A DNA stretch of 55,133 bases, from assembly GCA_947626115.1 (NCBI GenBank), contig CANQQX010000004.1:1-55133 (forward strand), given 5' to 3'. The notes beneath the pieces are model-generated. The model searched no databases and had not been told where the DNA came from. It was given only the letters and a program-made list of their open reading frames with translations. The translations under genes and the position numbers were made by a program. Positions 55,085 to 55,133 of the stretch are shown in pieces (within the stretch, counting starts at the first letter, position 1; each line of letters starts with the position of its first letter). The DNA is from an uncultured Bacilli bacterium. GTDB lineage: Bacteria; Bacillota_I; Bacilli_A; RF39; UBA660.

Positions 55085-55133
55085 ATGGAAATAGCAGGCA
55101 AAATAAACAAACAAATGTTAGATAAGAAAAAGA
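55085..55133 (+). CDS. 5' end of an unidentified ORF running off the window
   Basis: TATAAT box, AGGAAAG SD and ATG at 55085; only 16 codons visible. Confidence 0.25.
   Translation, partial: MEIAGKINKQMLDKKK

Noticed and set aside
1-55133. Mollicute-type genetic code (TGA = Trp), suggested by the extreme AT content and ICE-like gene set
   Set aside because: The long ORFs are intact under the standard code. TGA serves as the stop in the ATGA overlaps (e.g. 13042-13045, 16715-16718). Peptidoglycan hydrolases imply a walled host.

Overview
Strongly AT-rich, low-GC Bacillota-type chromosomal segment read in the standard genetic code: TGA acts as a stop and ATGA stop/start overlaps occur. No rRNA, tRNA or CRISPR array was seen.

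Layout:
- 1-13.7 kb, ordinary core genes: proS, an ArsR/CadC-type repressor with a P1B heavy-metal ATPase, an SDR oxidoreductase, uvrB, a Big_2 surface protein, a fused MacB/FtsX-type ABC transporter, a metallophosphoesterase and a CPBP protease.
- 13.8-15.8 kb: two tandem DUF1016/YhcG-type PD-(D/E)xK genes, one lacking the nuclease half. They are followed by a 350-bp array of variable-arm palindromes related to an internal segment of those genes.
- 15.9-53.7 kb, a roughly 38-kb accessory island with four parts:
  - (a) A Tad/Flp-like pilus operon. It encodes CpaB-like, TadA/CpaF ATPase, TadB/TadC-like and TadZ/CpaE-like proteins, four to five pilin-like proteins sharing an M-[KR]-E-A leader, and a 1337-aa Cys-rich secreted giant.
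  - (b) An AbiEi/AbiEii toxin-antitoxin pair.
  - (c) A roughly 2450-aa surface protein combining cohesin, a TM hairpin, dockerin-like repeats, GLUG repeats and an M26-like zinc protease.
  - (d) A Gram-positive-type T4SS. It has three VirB2-like-domain proteins, VirB6-like and VirB3-like proteins, a VirB4 split into two ORFs, a four-domain cell-wall hydrolase, two tandem VirB8/TcpC-like candidates and a VirD4 coupling protein.

No relaxase, integrase or replication gene is recognisable in the island.

The island is mosaic:
- An AAA_14/DUF4143 ATPase gene is inserted in the Tad operon.
- A truncated copy of that gene, fused to an IS605 TnpB 3' remnant, sits in the T4SS operon.
- AbiEi fragments are scattered through it.
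- One identical terminator hairpin occurs three times.
- About 60-bp inverted, outward-facing promoter/leader copies flank it.

53.8-55.1 kb holds an Rpn/PDDEXK_2 nuclease-family gene and a small rhodanese.

All calls come from reading motifs by eye. No database search was run.
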